A DNA stretch of 64,000 bases from positions 186,001 to 250,000 of the forward strand of contig MCFH01000039.1 of assembly GCA_002104945.1 (NCBI GenBank), given 5' to 3'. Position 1 is the first letter of the stretch, and each line of letters starts with the position of its first letter. Origin of the DNA: Piromyces finnis finn. Its lineage: Eukaryota > Fungi > Neocallimastigomycota. Below, piece by piece: positions 31,210 to 44,100 of the stretch. The position numbers and the translations under genes are program-made. The notes beneath the pieces are model-generated. The model had not been told where the DNA came from, did not search any database, and saw nothing but the letters and a program-made list of their open reading frames with translations.

Positions 31210-32564
31210 GATATAAAATATTACCTTTAAATTTATAGTTGAAATGAATTCTCTTTAATCTATCTTGATAGTATGCTCCTCTTGGTACAATTTCTACATC
31301 ATAGTTTATCATTTTTATTACAGCAGAAAGTCTTTTTTCTTCATTAATTGGTTCTTTTTCTTGTGGATTCTAATTTAGATATTAATAACCCATCATTATA
31401 ATATTAATAACAAGAAATTTTTTAAATATATTTTGATCTATTATCTATTTAGTTTTATGTAAAATAATAAAAAAAATGTATGTTTACCTCTTCATCAGTT
31501 TGTTTTAAGGTATTATCTTTATAATATAAAAAAAATAGATAGTTTAAATTATAAAATTAAGGATATAATAAAAAAATAATTTATTTTATTATTAATAACA
31601 GTACTATAGGTGTATATATCATATTGATGTATTCATAAATTTACCGTTATTTGGAACTGAGCTTTGAACTTGATATTCATAAGAAGGATCACCAATAAAT
31701 CTTGAATAAATTTCAGATATATCCTTTAATTCATCATCAGTCACTTCTGGAAGTTGAAGCCATGTAATAGTATCCGTACTTTTATTAATCCATAAAAGAA
31801 AATAATAATAATAATAATTAATATTCAATATTTTGATATAAAATAAAAACAAAATAAGTTATTATTAGTTATTATTAGTTAATATTATAATTGTTGCTAT
31901 TGTTATTATCATTTGTTATTGTTATTATTATATCTTTATAATATTGATTCTTTTATTAATTATTTTTAAAAATTCTCTCTTTTAATTTTTTTTAAATAAT
32001 ATTGATTTATTGAGTTTTTTTTTTTTTTGGTTTTGTTGTGTGTGTTATAAAAAATTTAAAATAAAAGTTTCTAAACTTTTATATTTTTTTATACATTTGT
32101 TTGAAAAAAGTATCTTTTTTTTTTCTTGTTAAATATTTATATTCTAAATGATATTGTCATGCTTATTATTTGTTGCTACAAAAAAAAATAGTTGTTTAAA
32201 TATATCCTCTTTCCTTTTAATGTTTAATTCAACCATTTCATTTTTTTTTAACATATATATATATATATATTTTTTTTTTGAAATAGTATCTTTTTTTTTA
32301 AAAAAAAAAAAAAAAATAGAGATGAATATTAATGAAAAAAGAAGAGTACCTATAGAAATATTTTCTTCCAAATATATCATCATTCCAACATTGAGCAACA
32401 AAATAATCTTTTTGAACACCTAATATACGTCCCCATAATGAAACATTTTCATATTTTTCAGCATCTTTTAAAATACGTAATGAAGAATTTAAACCTGCAC
32501 GATCTTCATAATTTATAGTGAAGCCTCCAAGACTTAAATAATTAATATCATCCATTAAAAACAT
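30629..32564 (-). CDS. RSPH9: Flagellar radial spoke head protein 9, multi-exon
   Basis: LWGRILGVQKDYFVAQ, FIGDPSYEY, EEKRLSAVIKMINYDVEIVPRGAY, and WSLQVENGGSTVTLRSLLWPGYFFFH...YNGFGIKNINLGVML*. Confidence 0.92.
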
Positions 32565-33781
32565 TTTGACTAATTTTTATATTATTTATATATTTTATTA
32601 TTGTATATTTTATATTATTATATAGTTTATTTATTATTTTATTTTATTTTCTATTAAAAAAAAAAAAAAAGTTTTATCTTTATTTAACACGACCTTTTTT
32701 TTTTTTAATTAAATAATGAAAAAATAAAATTTTAAAATTGAATATTTTATGTGGAAACTTTAATTTATATATTTTTAAAAAAAAATAATTAATTAAAAAA
32801 AAAGTAAAAAAAATAAAAATTGTATTTAAAAAAAAAAGATAGCTCTTTTTATTATTTTTTGTCATAAAAAAAAAAAGTAAGATTAGAATTTGACATTACC
32901 TCAATAATAAAACTAATTTATATTTTATTTATTTTTTTATTAATCAAAGAACAGATAGAGTTTTTCATATTCTTTTGAAAAAAAAAAATTACAAATTTAA
33001 TGAATGTTTTAAACGTTTGTTATTTATTATAATAAAACTTTTAATTTTTTACAATCCTAATTGTATATATCAACTCTTTCTTTTTCTTTTTTTTACTTCA
33101 TTTTTATTATTATTCATTTAAATATTACATTCAATATTCTTTTTATTTTTTTTAAAAAAAAAACATTAAATAGAACTGATTGAAATAGTAAAAAAAAAAA
33201 AAAAAAAAAAAGATTAATAAAAAAGAAATAGTGAAATGCCTTTGAAAAAATTATTAAATCTCCGATTTTCCATATTCAAAATTCGGCATTTGATCTTTTT
33301 TTGTTGTTGCTATTGTTGTTTGCTTTTTTTATTATTATTATTATTATTTATATGTTTATATAATAATTATAATTTTAATATTATAATAAAATGTACTTTT
33401 ACATTGACATTCATTATAATATTAAAAAAAATTTTTTTATTCACAAATAATAATTGATAATAAAAACTTGAACAAAAAAGATAAAAGTATTTATTTAAAC
33501 TAAATTTGACTTTTTATTTTTTTTTTATTTTATCGTTATTATAAAATAATGGATATTTAAAAAAAAAGTTTTATGGTTATTTGTTCAAATTTTGTTACAA
33601 TTAAAAAATAATTATCTATAATAGAAGAAAAAAAAAAGGAATATGTATACACATGCACAGCATTAAAATAAATACATTAACAAAAAACAAAAAAAAGTCA
33701 AGAATATTATTCTGTATTATAATAATTATTTAAAATTATCTTAATAAAATAAATTCTAGAATTTTTTTTTTTTTACTCATA

Positions 33782-33822
<41 letters not shown>

Positions 33823-34191
33823 TAATTATTATTATTATTATTATTATAGTTTAGAAACAAAAATATGGTTAAAAAAAAAATTATTTTTAAAGTTAATTTC
33901 CTAAATCTCCGATGATTGTATATATTGTATATATATAAAACTTTTTCAACAATTGTATAGTTTAATAGTCAGTTTCATAAATAAATTAAAATAGTAAAAG
34001 TAAAAAAAAAAAAAGGAATTAATAATATACATATAAAAAAAAGAGGTAAAATGAATATATAGTATATATATTTATTGAATGTAATTTTAAAATAATTACA
34101 TAATTACTCATCATAATACTATAATTACTAATATTTTAAATATTAAAAAAAAACATTATATAGTTAATAATTATAATAATAATCGAACAAG

Positions 34192-34281
34192 ATGAATGAT
34201 AAAATCCCAACAAATTATCCTTTAATTATTGCTTTAATCATTGATTTAGTTGCTACTCTTTATTTCCTTTTATATAAATAA
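34192..34281 (+). CDS. Candidate 29-aa single-pass membrane microprotein (or terminal exon of an undetected gene)
   Basis: MNDKIPTNYPLIIALIIDLVATLYFLLYK*. Locally C-enriched with coding-like codons (cca, cct, gct, gtt, act, ctt) inside otherwise low-complexity intergenic DNA. An AG immediately precedes the ATG. Confidence 0.35.
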   Translation: MNDKIPTNYPLIIALIIDLVATLYFLLYK

Positions 34282-35084
34282 ACAGCCATTAAATCAACCT
34301 ATTGATTTGAAAAAAAAGAATTTGTATATATGATATATATATTAATCCTATATCCCCTTCCTATCAATTCATAAAAGATCATTGTATAATATCATAAATA
34401 GAAAATAACAATTGTAAATATCATTTCAACAATAAATAAAAAATAAGCAAAGTCCTTTTTTTATCATTTCATATTCAAACTATCTATTAATTAAATATAT
34501 ATATATATAATTCAATTTGAAGATAAAAAAAAAATGATAAAAAAGTTTTTTCAATTGTCATCCTATAAATCATGTATTATTCAATTTATTTCAACAAGAA
34601 TTTCTGTTATTAACAATTAGTAATATATTTTATATTTTGTAGTAAATATATGTATAACAGAAAAAAAAAATAAAGTAAAAATTAAAAAATGATTTTTGGT
34701 TTTTTATTTTATACTAAAAAGAAATAAAAGTGTTGTTGAAAAAAAAAAAAAAGAATTACTTTATTTTTCCTTTTTTTTTCTATCATCTTTAATGGTTTAT
34801 TTTTTTTAACATTTCAATTAAGAGTTAATGATTTATAAAAAAAAAATATTTTATTCTATTACCATTTAGAAATAAATATGAAAATACAAATGACTTTGAT
34901 TATACAATAATAATAGTAATAAAATGGTATTATTCTAAGTTATTATGATAATAAATATAATTCAAAAAGAAATGTAGTAGAGAAAAAAACTTTTAAATTA
35001 TAAAAATTCAATATTTTTGAAGTGGTTACAATTGAGCAATTAATTAGGAAAAAATAGTTAGGTCCATCTTGATCTTTTTTTTTT

Positions 35085-37825
35085 TTAATTAAAAGTCCAT
35101 AATTCTAATTCGGATATATAGAAATTTTCAAAGGAAGCTAAACATTTACTTTTAATTGTATTATTATGATAAGAATGTCCTTTTCTCAAAACTATTTTAT
35201 TGTAATAGATAATTATTAATGATAAATAGATGAAAGAAAGAGAAAGAAAAAAGAGTATTAATAAATTTAATTTTTTTATCCATATAATTATATATATATT
35301 GTATCGTATTATTATTATTATTATTATTTTACATTTATCTAAATAAAGAGCAAAATCACTGTCATCTCTATAATTTCCATTTTATAAATGAATAATTTAA
35401 AAGGAAAAAAAAAAAAAAGTTATTTTAAAGATATTTCTCAAAAGTATCATAAGTATAGAATAATTAAAATAGAATTAGAATCTTACACGCCACCAACAGT
35501 GAAAATATCACCATTACATAATAATATATTTTTATCATCAATATCATTTGATTTATAAACTTCTAATTCTGAATTATTATATTTCCATAAGAACCTGTTT
35601 TTTTTTATTTTGAAAATATTATTTTTTTTAATTAGTATATATAAAAGAAAAAGAAAAAAAGAAAATTCTTATTAAAAAAAAAAAAACTTTTACACTCCAT
35701 AAAATATAAAAAATAAATACTTAATATATTTACCAATTATTTATTCCAAAGTATTCATCATCATTATGTAATGCTTCATTTATAAATATTCCAAATACCT
35801 ATTTATTATTGATATGTGTAAAAGAAAAAAAGAGTTTAATTATATATTTTAAATATATATATATGTGTATTATTCAATGTTTTATATTATCATTACATAG
35901 TTATTATCATCTTGAAGAATAAGAAGGCATGGTCCACCACTATTTTGAGAGGCTTCTATAAGGTCAATTAAATTATTATTATTATTTATAGCATTATTAT
36001 GGCTATTATTGTCGGTATCATGGTTATTATTATTTTTAGAGTTTATCAAAGAAGAAAGAGAATATTGCATAGTCCATTTAGTGACCCCACGTAAATAGAC
36101 TGGTAATTGAGCTTGAAGTTTAAGAGCTAAATCACTTGTGATAATAGGACGAATACTTTTATTTTTATAAATTAATTCTAATGTTTTAGCTTCTCTTGAC
36201 TCTCCACCATTAGTATTTAAATTTTCTATATATTTTGTATAGGAGGTAATATAGGTTGGGAATTTTGGTATCACACTACAAACATAATCATGAATACTTA
36301 CAGCTTGTTCATACTCTATATTATATAATTGGGCAATGGCATCCACCGACATCACATGAATATTTCCATAATTATCGGTGGTGGTAAAGTATTTTTCGTA
36401 TTCTGGTTCATTTCTTTGATACATCCATGATTGAATAGATCTTGATAGGGAGGAGAACCATGATTTATTATTATTTTCATTTTGAGTGTCCTCTCTATCC
36501 TTGAAATCAATGGATTCGAGAGAATCAGACGAATCGTTTCTTTGAATGAGATCATGATCATGACATTTAATATCAACATTTTCTAATAAAACATTAAGAC
36601 TACTACTAGATTCACCTGTCATTTTGAATTTTTCAACACGATTATTATAGGTTGGTTGAAGATCTTCTTCTTGATCTTCTTGATCTTGATTTTGACCTTG
36701 ATCATCACTATGGGTAAAAACACCGTTTATTAAATCTTTTAATAACTTTGTGTCTTCATCTCTAACTTTTGGTTCATTTATTTCAATGAGTGTTGTATGA
36801 TTATTACTAATGATGGTAATATGATTCGATGGACGAACGGAAGCTATTTTATGTGGAGAACCATCTGGCATTGGTTCATTTAAACATATCATATATTGAT
36901 CATAACTATTTCTTCTATTTAATTTTTCTAAAGAGGTATTACTAAGCCCAAAATCTTTTAAATTTTCTTCTTTATTAGATTTAACTGGGGCGGAATAGGG
37001 TATACAACTAAAATCTTTTTTATTAAAAGTATGGGTATTAATTTTTTCTAAAGAATTTGATAAGGAAGATGTTATAATCTTTTCTTTTTCCTTGATATTT
37101 TCATCCATCCTTATATCATGACTATCATCATTTTCATTAAATTCATTTTCTTTATTTTCATCATCTTCACTATTTTCATTACTATTAGTATTATTATCTA
37201 GAGTTTCATCATCCAATTTACTATATTCTATTATTAAGTATATTAGATTTATTTACAATTAATATACCAATTTTTATTGTTTTTTAAAAAAAAAAAAAAA
37301 AGAAAAAAAATTTTTTTTAATCATAGAGTACATCGTATGTATTGATATATAATTAATATATATAGAGTTAAAAATTGTTATTATTTCACAAGATTCATCA
37401 ATATATTTATTATCAAATGTTTCTCTTTTTTTATTATTAAATAAATACTTTTTTTTTTTACCTTCTCTTAATTTATCTTCAAAATCTGCAATTTTTCTTT
37501 CTCTTTTTTCTTCAATTTTTTTTCTTAATTTTAATTCTAATTGTCTTTTAACTTCTTCTCTTTCTTGTAAAGTTCCAGCGTATTCATCCATTAATCCATA
37601 TTGACGATTATTTGTTAAAAGTTTTGTAAGATTTATAAAACTTTGACTTTTACAATTAATTTTGTTTTCATCTCTCCAACTTATATGTATTCCTTTATTT
37701 TTTTGACTTGAATTTTCTTTTGTTGATTTATTGGTATTTAATATGCCTTGTTGACTAGTAAAGTTTAACCATGAAAGATTTGGTGGTTGAACTATAAAAT
37801 TATTTAAATTATTGATATTTGCCAT
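35085..37825 (-). CDS. TLDc-domain (OXR1-like) protein with a long unique N-terminal region, multi-exon; start uncertain
   Basis: Manual splicing: LPVYLRGVTKWTMQYS...GGPCLLILQDDNNY|VFGIFINEALHNDDEYFGINNW|FLWKY...LLCNGDIFTVGG|..DFALYLDK|FLRKGHS...KCLASFENFYISELELWTFN*, which follows the TLDc pattern. Confidence 0.8.
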
Positions 37826-37925
37826 TGTCTTGTAGTGTCCTTTTTTTTTTTTTTGGTATTTTATCAAAATTTTACCAAAATTTCTAGAAATATATAGGTA
37901 TGATTAATTCTACTTTGTTTAAATA

Positions 37926-37986
<61 letters not shown>

Positions 37987-40952
37987 GATTATAATAAAAG
38001 AAAAAATGTTGTAAATAGGTTTTATTATTTTTATTATTTTTATTTTTTTATTGGTAAGGTATAAATAGTACAATTAGAATGGTATTTAAAAAAAAAAACT
38101 TTTTCCTTTTACAATTGGTTTTTTTTTTTCAACTAAAGAAATATAATATATATATAATAAATATAATAAATACAATCTTAATTGATATATATAATAATGA
38201 ATTAATGATCATTACCACTAAATTAAATAAATATATAATTTTGAATATTTAAAAAGGTTTTTTATTTTTTTTAGTCTTAATTTTTATTATATAATAATTA
38301 AGGTAATATCTTATACGACAATTTTCATTTTTTTTTAAAAATAATAAAGTTTCGATTAATTAAATAATCAATTACTAATGGAATCGTTTAAATAATGAAT
38401 GAGAAAAGTTTAATTTTAAATAAATAATGGAGTATATTTTATAAACTTTTTACAATTAAGCTAATATATTTATTAATAATGAGGATATTATATTATTATC
38501 AATATTAAATTTAATAATTCTTTTTTTATTTTCATAACGTTTTCTTTTTCTGTGTGGTAATATGTTATATGTTATTTCATAATGAATACTTTTTTTTTAA
38601 CTATTTAAATAATCAATGGAATAACATTTTAATTAAACAATTTCATTATATTATTATAATAATGAAATAACTTAAAACAGATTTTCAATATAGAGTAAGA
38701 GAATGACGTTTAAGTATAAACCATTCCTACTGCGTTTGTTTGCTTTTCTTTATATAAAAAGAACCTTGTTTTCTTTCAAAAGTGTACTTTCCTTTAATGA
38801 ACAAAATTTCAAACTTTAATATATAATATTTTATTTATTCTATATATTACAATAGACTTTAATATATGAAGTAAATTTAATTCTATTTTATTATATTAAA
38901 ATTTTAATTATTTTTTTGATATTTTAATTATAAAAATTTATATATATTTAATATATTACATCTATACTTTATAATATATTATAATATATATTAAATTAAT
39001 ATCCCAAAAAAAAACAAAAATTTAATTTAATTTGAAATGGAGACATTTTGAAAAAACATGGAAAAAAGAGAATGAAAGTGAAAGAATGAAAATGAAAAAA
39101 GTGAAAGAAAGAATGAAAGTGAAAATGAAGATTAAAAAGGACATTATATATTCATTTAACACTTGAATATTGGTTTTTATAACTTTTTAAAAAGGAATAC
39201 TGATATATTATTATAAAATAATAAAATTTTGAATTAGGAAATATTAAATTTCAATTTTAACCATTAACATGCCTGACAAACAAATGAACAAACATACAAA
39301 CAAAAAAAAAAAGTCATTAAATACTTAAATATAATTTCATTAATGGTTCTTTTTAAATATAAAGGGAATATGGAGAATATGCTTTGTTTTCCAATAAAAA
39401 AGTAATAATAAATGATAGTAACAATGTTATTTTATTAAAATCGTGTCATTTTCTATTATTTCATTGTCCATTATCTTTTACTGCTAAATAAATAAAAAAA
39501 AACCACAATGAATAAATGAAGATGCTCTTTTTTTATACCTCTCAAAAATAGTTGTATGATTTTATAAATAAACGTTTTTAAAAAACAAAAGGTTACTATT
39601 AATTTTTATTATTCTTTCATGGAAATGACATTTGTTACTTATCATTAAATTGATTTTCATGAATTGCTTTTTTTTTTTTGCTAGAAATGAACTTTATATT
39701 ATAAATACTTTTAAATATATTCTTTTTTATCAAAATTTTATTTCACCTTTTAACCGAAAAAAAAAAAAGTTTTTCTTTGTCTTTTTTTTTTCTTTCTTTC
39801 TTTCTTTTAATAAAAATGTAGTAAATTACATTTTAAAATTCAATTACATTACATTATAAATAATGTATTAAATAATGTAATTAAAAATTCAAAATTTTTG
39901 AAGATTATTTTTGTGTCATTTTAAAATTGATTTAAATAATATAATAATATATGATTACAATATATTGCAATGTATTCACTTAATTTATTTTTATTTAATT
40001 TTTCCAAATTTTGATTGAAAAAAAAAATTGTACAATTTTTTCAAAAGAATTGAAATTTTAGTAATAAAAAAAAATTTCAATATTTAAATAGAAAAAAGGG
40101 AAAAAAAAAAAGTATTAATATTAAATTTTAAACCTTTTCATTATTTTTTCAATCATTAAATAATCAATCAATCAACATCTAAAATTTTTGTTTATTTTAT
40201 TTACTGACCATCTCTTCTTTCAAAAAAGTATTATTATTTGAAAATAATAAAAATAAAATAAATATTGCATTGTCATTGTCATTGTCATTGGATATATATG
40301 GCTTTCTAGGTGTTTAAAAAAAAGTGCAAAAAAAAAAAGGTAAAAATTACAGTATTAATATTAGAAGAAGAAAAAAAAATATTTTATTTTCTCTTATGTA
40401 TACTTTTTTTTTTATTTGTAGTTTTAAAATACTGGTAAGGATATTATTATTATTACAAAAAAAAAAAGGTATTTATTAAAGGATTGATGCAACTCTATCA
40501 TACCGAAGAAAATTATCATAATTATAAAACAACTAGCTGATATATAATAATTTCCAACAATAAAATTATTAAACAAAAAAACATAGATTTAAAAAAAGCA
40601 AATTTTATATTACATTAATGAATAAACTATAGGCATATTTTGAAAATTTCATCAAAAAAAAAAAAAAAAAAAAAAAAAACTTATAATAGTCAATTTATTT
40701 ACCAATTTTATCTATTTTGCAATAAAAATATTTTATAAAAATTCCTCATTAAAGTATATAGATGGGGGAAAGTATTCTAATAATGACTATTCCATCATAA
40801 TTTCATAATAAATAATAATATATCCAAATTTGAAAAATGAATTTTAAAATGAATTTCTATTTGAAATGTAAATTTAATTTATAATTAAATTGCTAACTTT
40901 ATTTCCACTCTACATAAATTTAGTAAAAAATTTTTAATAAAAATACTGGAAA

Positions 40953-41115
40953 ATGGGTCGTTTAGTAAAACTTGAATTAGAAAACTTTAAATCATATAAG
41001 GGACACCAAGTCATAGGTCCATTTTATAACTTTTCATGTATTATTGGTCCTAATGGTGCAGGTATTATCATCAGGAGTTTCCAAAAAAAAAAAAATACAA
41101 ATTTAATATATTGTT

Positions 41116-41146
<31 letters not shown>

Positions 41147-44100
41147 TCAATTAATAAAAAAAAAATACTTTTCTACATGCTTTTTTTCTTTATTTATTTT
41201 TATTCAATAAATTTTAAAATTTATCAAAGGTAAATCCAATCTTATGGATGCCATTAGTTTTGTACTAGGTGTCAAATCATCACAATTACGTTCTTCTCAT
41301 TTAAAAGATTTAATATATCGTGGTGGTGCCATCAATAATTCAATAGATGGACTCGGAGGAAATGATACAGAAAATGATGCTTCAGGTCCAAAAAGAGCAT
41401 GGGTTATGGCAGAATATCACACTTCAGAAGGACAAGTATTGAAATTTATGAGAATGTACTGGTTATGAAATATTTGTTACAATAGCATTGAACAATTTAT
41501 TACTATTTCATATAAAACTAAAAATATTAAATGGAAAATTACTAATTATTATATATATATATTTTATTATTTACAAATATTTACTTTTTTAAATTATAAA
41601 TTCAAATAATCATAATACTACAACCATTAAAACGAACCAATTAATCAATTAAATTTCTCTATAAATTTTGAAATTCAAATTACAATTATACTTGACAACC
41701 TTTAAATCTTACTAATAATTTTTGAAATTCAAATTATAAATAATACTTGACAACCTTTAAATCTTACTAATAATTTTTGAAATTCAAATTATAAATAATA
41801 CTTGACAACCATTAAACCTTACTAATTAATCATTTAAAATTTTTAATAAATCTATATTTATTGAAATGCCTTATGATATATAAGAATTACAATTAATGGT
41901 GCAAGTGAATATAGATTTAATGGTAAAGTGACAACTTATGAAAAATATAACAAGGAACTTGAAAAACAAAATATTCTTGTTAAAGCAAAAAACTTTTTGG
42001 TTTTCCAAGTAATTAAATTTTTTTTTCTTTCATACATAAATATTGTAAATATTATATAAAGTGGATAAAAGCTGATGAATAGCATTATTAATATTATATA
42101 GGGTGATGTTGAAGCTATTGCTTCCCAATCTCCAAAAGATTTAACAAGATTAATTGAACAAGTTAGTGGGTAAGTACATTGACGTCATCATCACCACTTT
42201 ACACTAATAATTTATTCAGTAGAAAAAAAAAAACTAATTATAATTACCTATCATTATCATAATATAGTTCAATTGAATTAAAAGAAGAATATGAAAAATT
42301 AAAAGAAGAACAAGAAAAGGCAACTGAAGATTCAACATATAATTTCAATAAAAAAAGAGGAATTAATGCAGAAATGAAACAATTTAAGAAGCAAAAAGAA
42401 GAAGCTGAAAATTACAAACAATTAACAAAACAATTAGAAAATATTAAAATTAAATATATGTTATGGAAATTATATCAAATGGATAAACAGATTCAAGAAT
42501 TAAAAGATGATATAGACGCTAAAAATAGTCAAATTAATGAAAAAGCAGAAGAAAAAGTAATTATAATAAAATAATAGAATTAATATATAAATATAAAAAA
42601 AAATAAAATACTAAATATAAGTAATATAAATTCTCTATTTAAAATAAAAAAAAATCATTATCCTACTATTGAAAATATTGTTAATAGAAACAAGAAGAAA
42701 ATATTTTAAAAGGAATAAAAAAAGATTTATCAATCATATCAAATTCTATTATTCATTCAGAAAAGAAAAGAAAAAATAAGGAAAAGGAAATAAATTCAAA
42801 GGTAGAATTAATCACACTTCTTAACACCTTTTATATTATTTTTTAAATTTTATTTTTATGTATTTTCTCACATACTTTATCCTTTTTTTTCTAATCCAAT
42901 TTCAATATTTAAAATAAAAATTTTTAACAAAAAAAAAGAAACTCGAAATAATAAGTACCAAAGAACAAATTACTAATTGTAATGAAAAAATCAGTCAAGT
43001 TAAAAAAAATATAGAGAAAATTGAACAAGACTATACAAAACAAGTAAGATAGGATTTAATAAATCTTTTAATACTACCATAAATTTGAAATATAATAATA
43101 TTAAATAAATTATTAAACCCATTAATTTTTTCTTTTTTTACAAATGAATAAAAAAAAATATTAAATAAAATTATTAATTTATAGAATGATTCAATTACAG
43201 AATTAGAAGAACAATTATATAAAGTTAATAATGCAGCAAAAATATTTGAACAAAATGTTCAAAACAAAGAAAAAAGCGAAATAATAAAATTGAATTCAAA
43301 GGATATACAACAATATAATAAATTGTAAGTTGATATCCACATAAATTATTTATAGATTTCAATCCTTAAAAAAAAGAAAATATAAATAATAAGTATGATT
43401 TTTTTTAATCAATAATTTTATAATATATATAGAAAGGAATATGCAAGAATTAAAACGCAATCTTTATTACAAGAAATAGAAACTATACAAAGAAAAAAAC
43501 GTGTCGATAAAGAATCTCAACAACGTCTTGATGGTAAAATTAAAGAATTTAGAATAAGACAAAATGAATTGAATGATGAATTAAGAAACCTTACTTCACA
43601 AAAGAATAATGTAATTAAGGATATTTATCAATGATTATTATACAATATATAATATATATTTTCGGTAGTATTGTAGTGTTATATTAATAGATTTAAATTT
43701 TTTAAAAAAAAAAAAAAAATTAAAAATATTAGTCAACTGATGAATTAGAAACATTTACTAGAAAATTGAATGAAAATAAAAAAGAATTAGATGATGTTAT
43801 AACTCAACAACAGAAAACAGCGTAAGTTTATAATTTTTTTAAAATTATTTAATCAACTAACTTATAATAAATAATAGTTGAGTGCTATTCAATTTTAAGA
43901 ACAATTAATAAATAATATTTATAATATATAATTAGTTTAATGGAAAAAGAATTAAATGATAAATTGAATGATATTCATGAAAGACTTATGCAAGCCAAAG
44001 CAGATAAATTAGAAACTCATCGTGACTATGTTATCAAAGAAACCATTAAAAGATTAAAAAAGATTTACCCAGGTAGATATCAGAAATTTTATAAAGAAAA

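Noticed and set aside
32144-33457. Short F/K/I-rich ORFs in AT tracts (e.g. 32144-32423, 32680-32865, 33236-33457; also 8066-8251, 26487-26669, 29807-30266, 39632-39859, 48372-48653)
   Set aside because: Composition reflects poly-A/T runs in introns, UTRs or intergenic DNA; no coding-like codon usage or family motifs.
41664-41828. Possible CRISPR-like array (also considered for 54985-55157)
   Set aside because: Contiguous tandem units without unique spacers, eukaryotic intronic/intergenic context, and no cas genes.
42180-42220. Minus-strand GTGATGA and CTGA in an SMC1 intron
   Set aside because: The boxes are in the wrong order for a C/D snoRNA and there is no rRNA-complementary guide.
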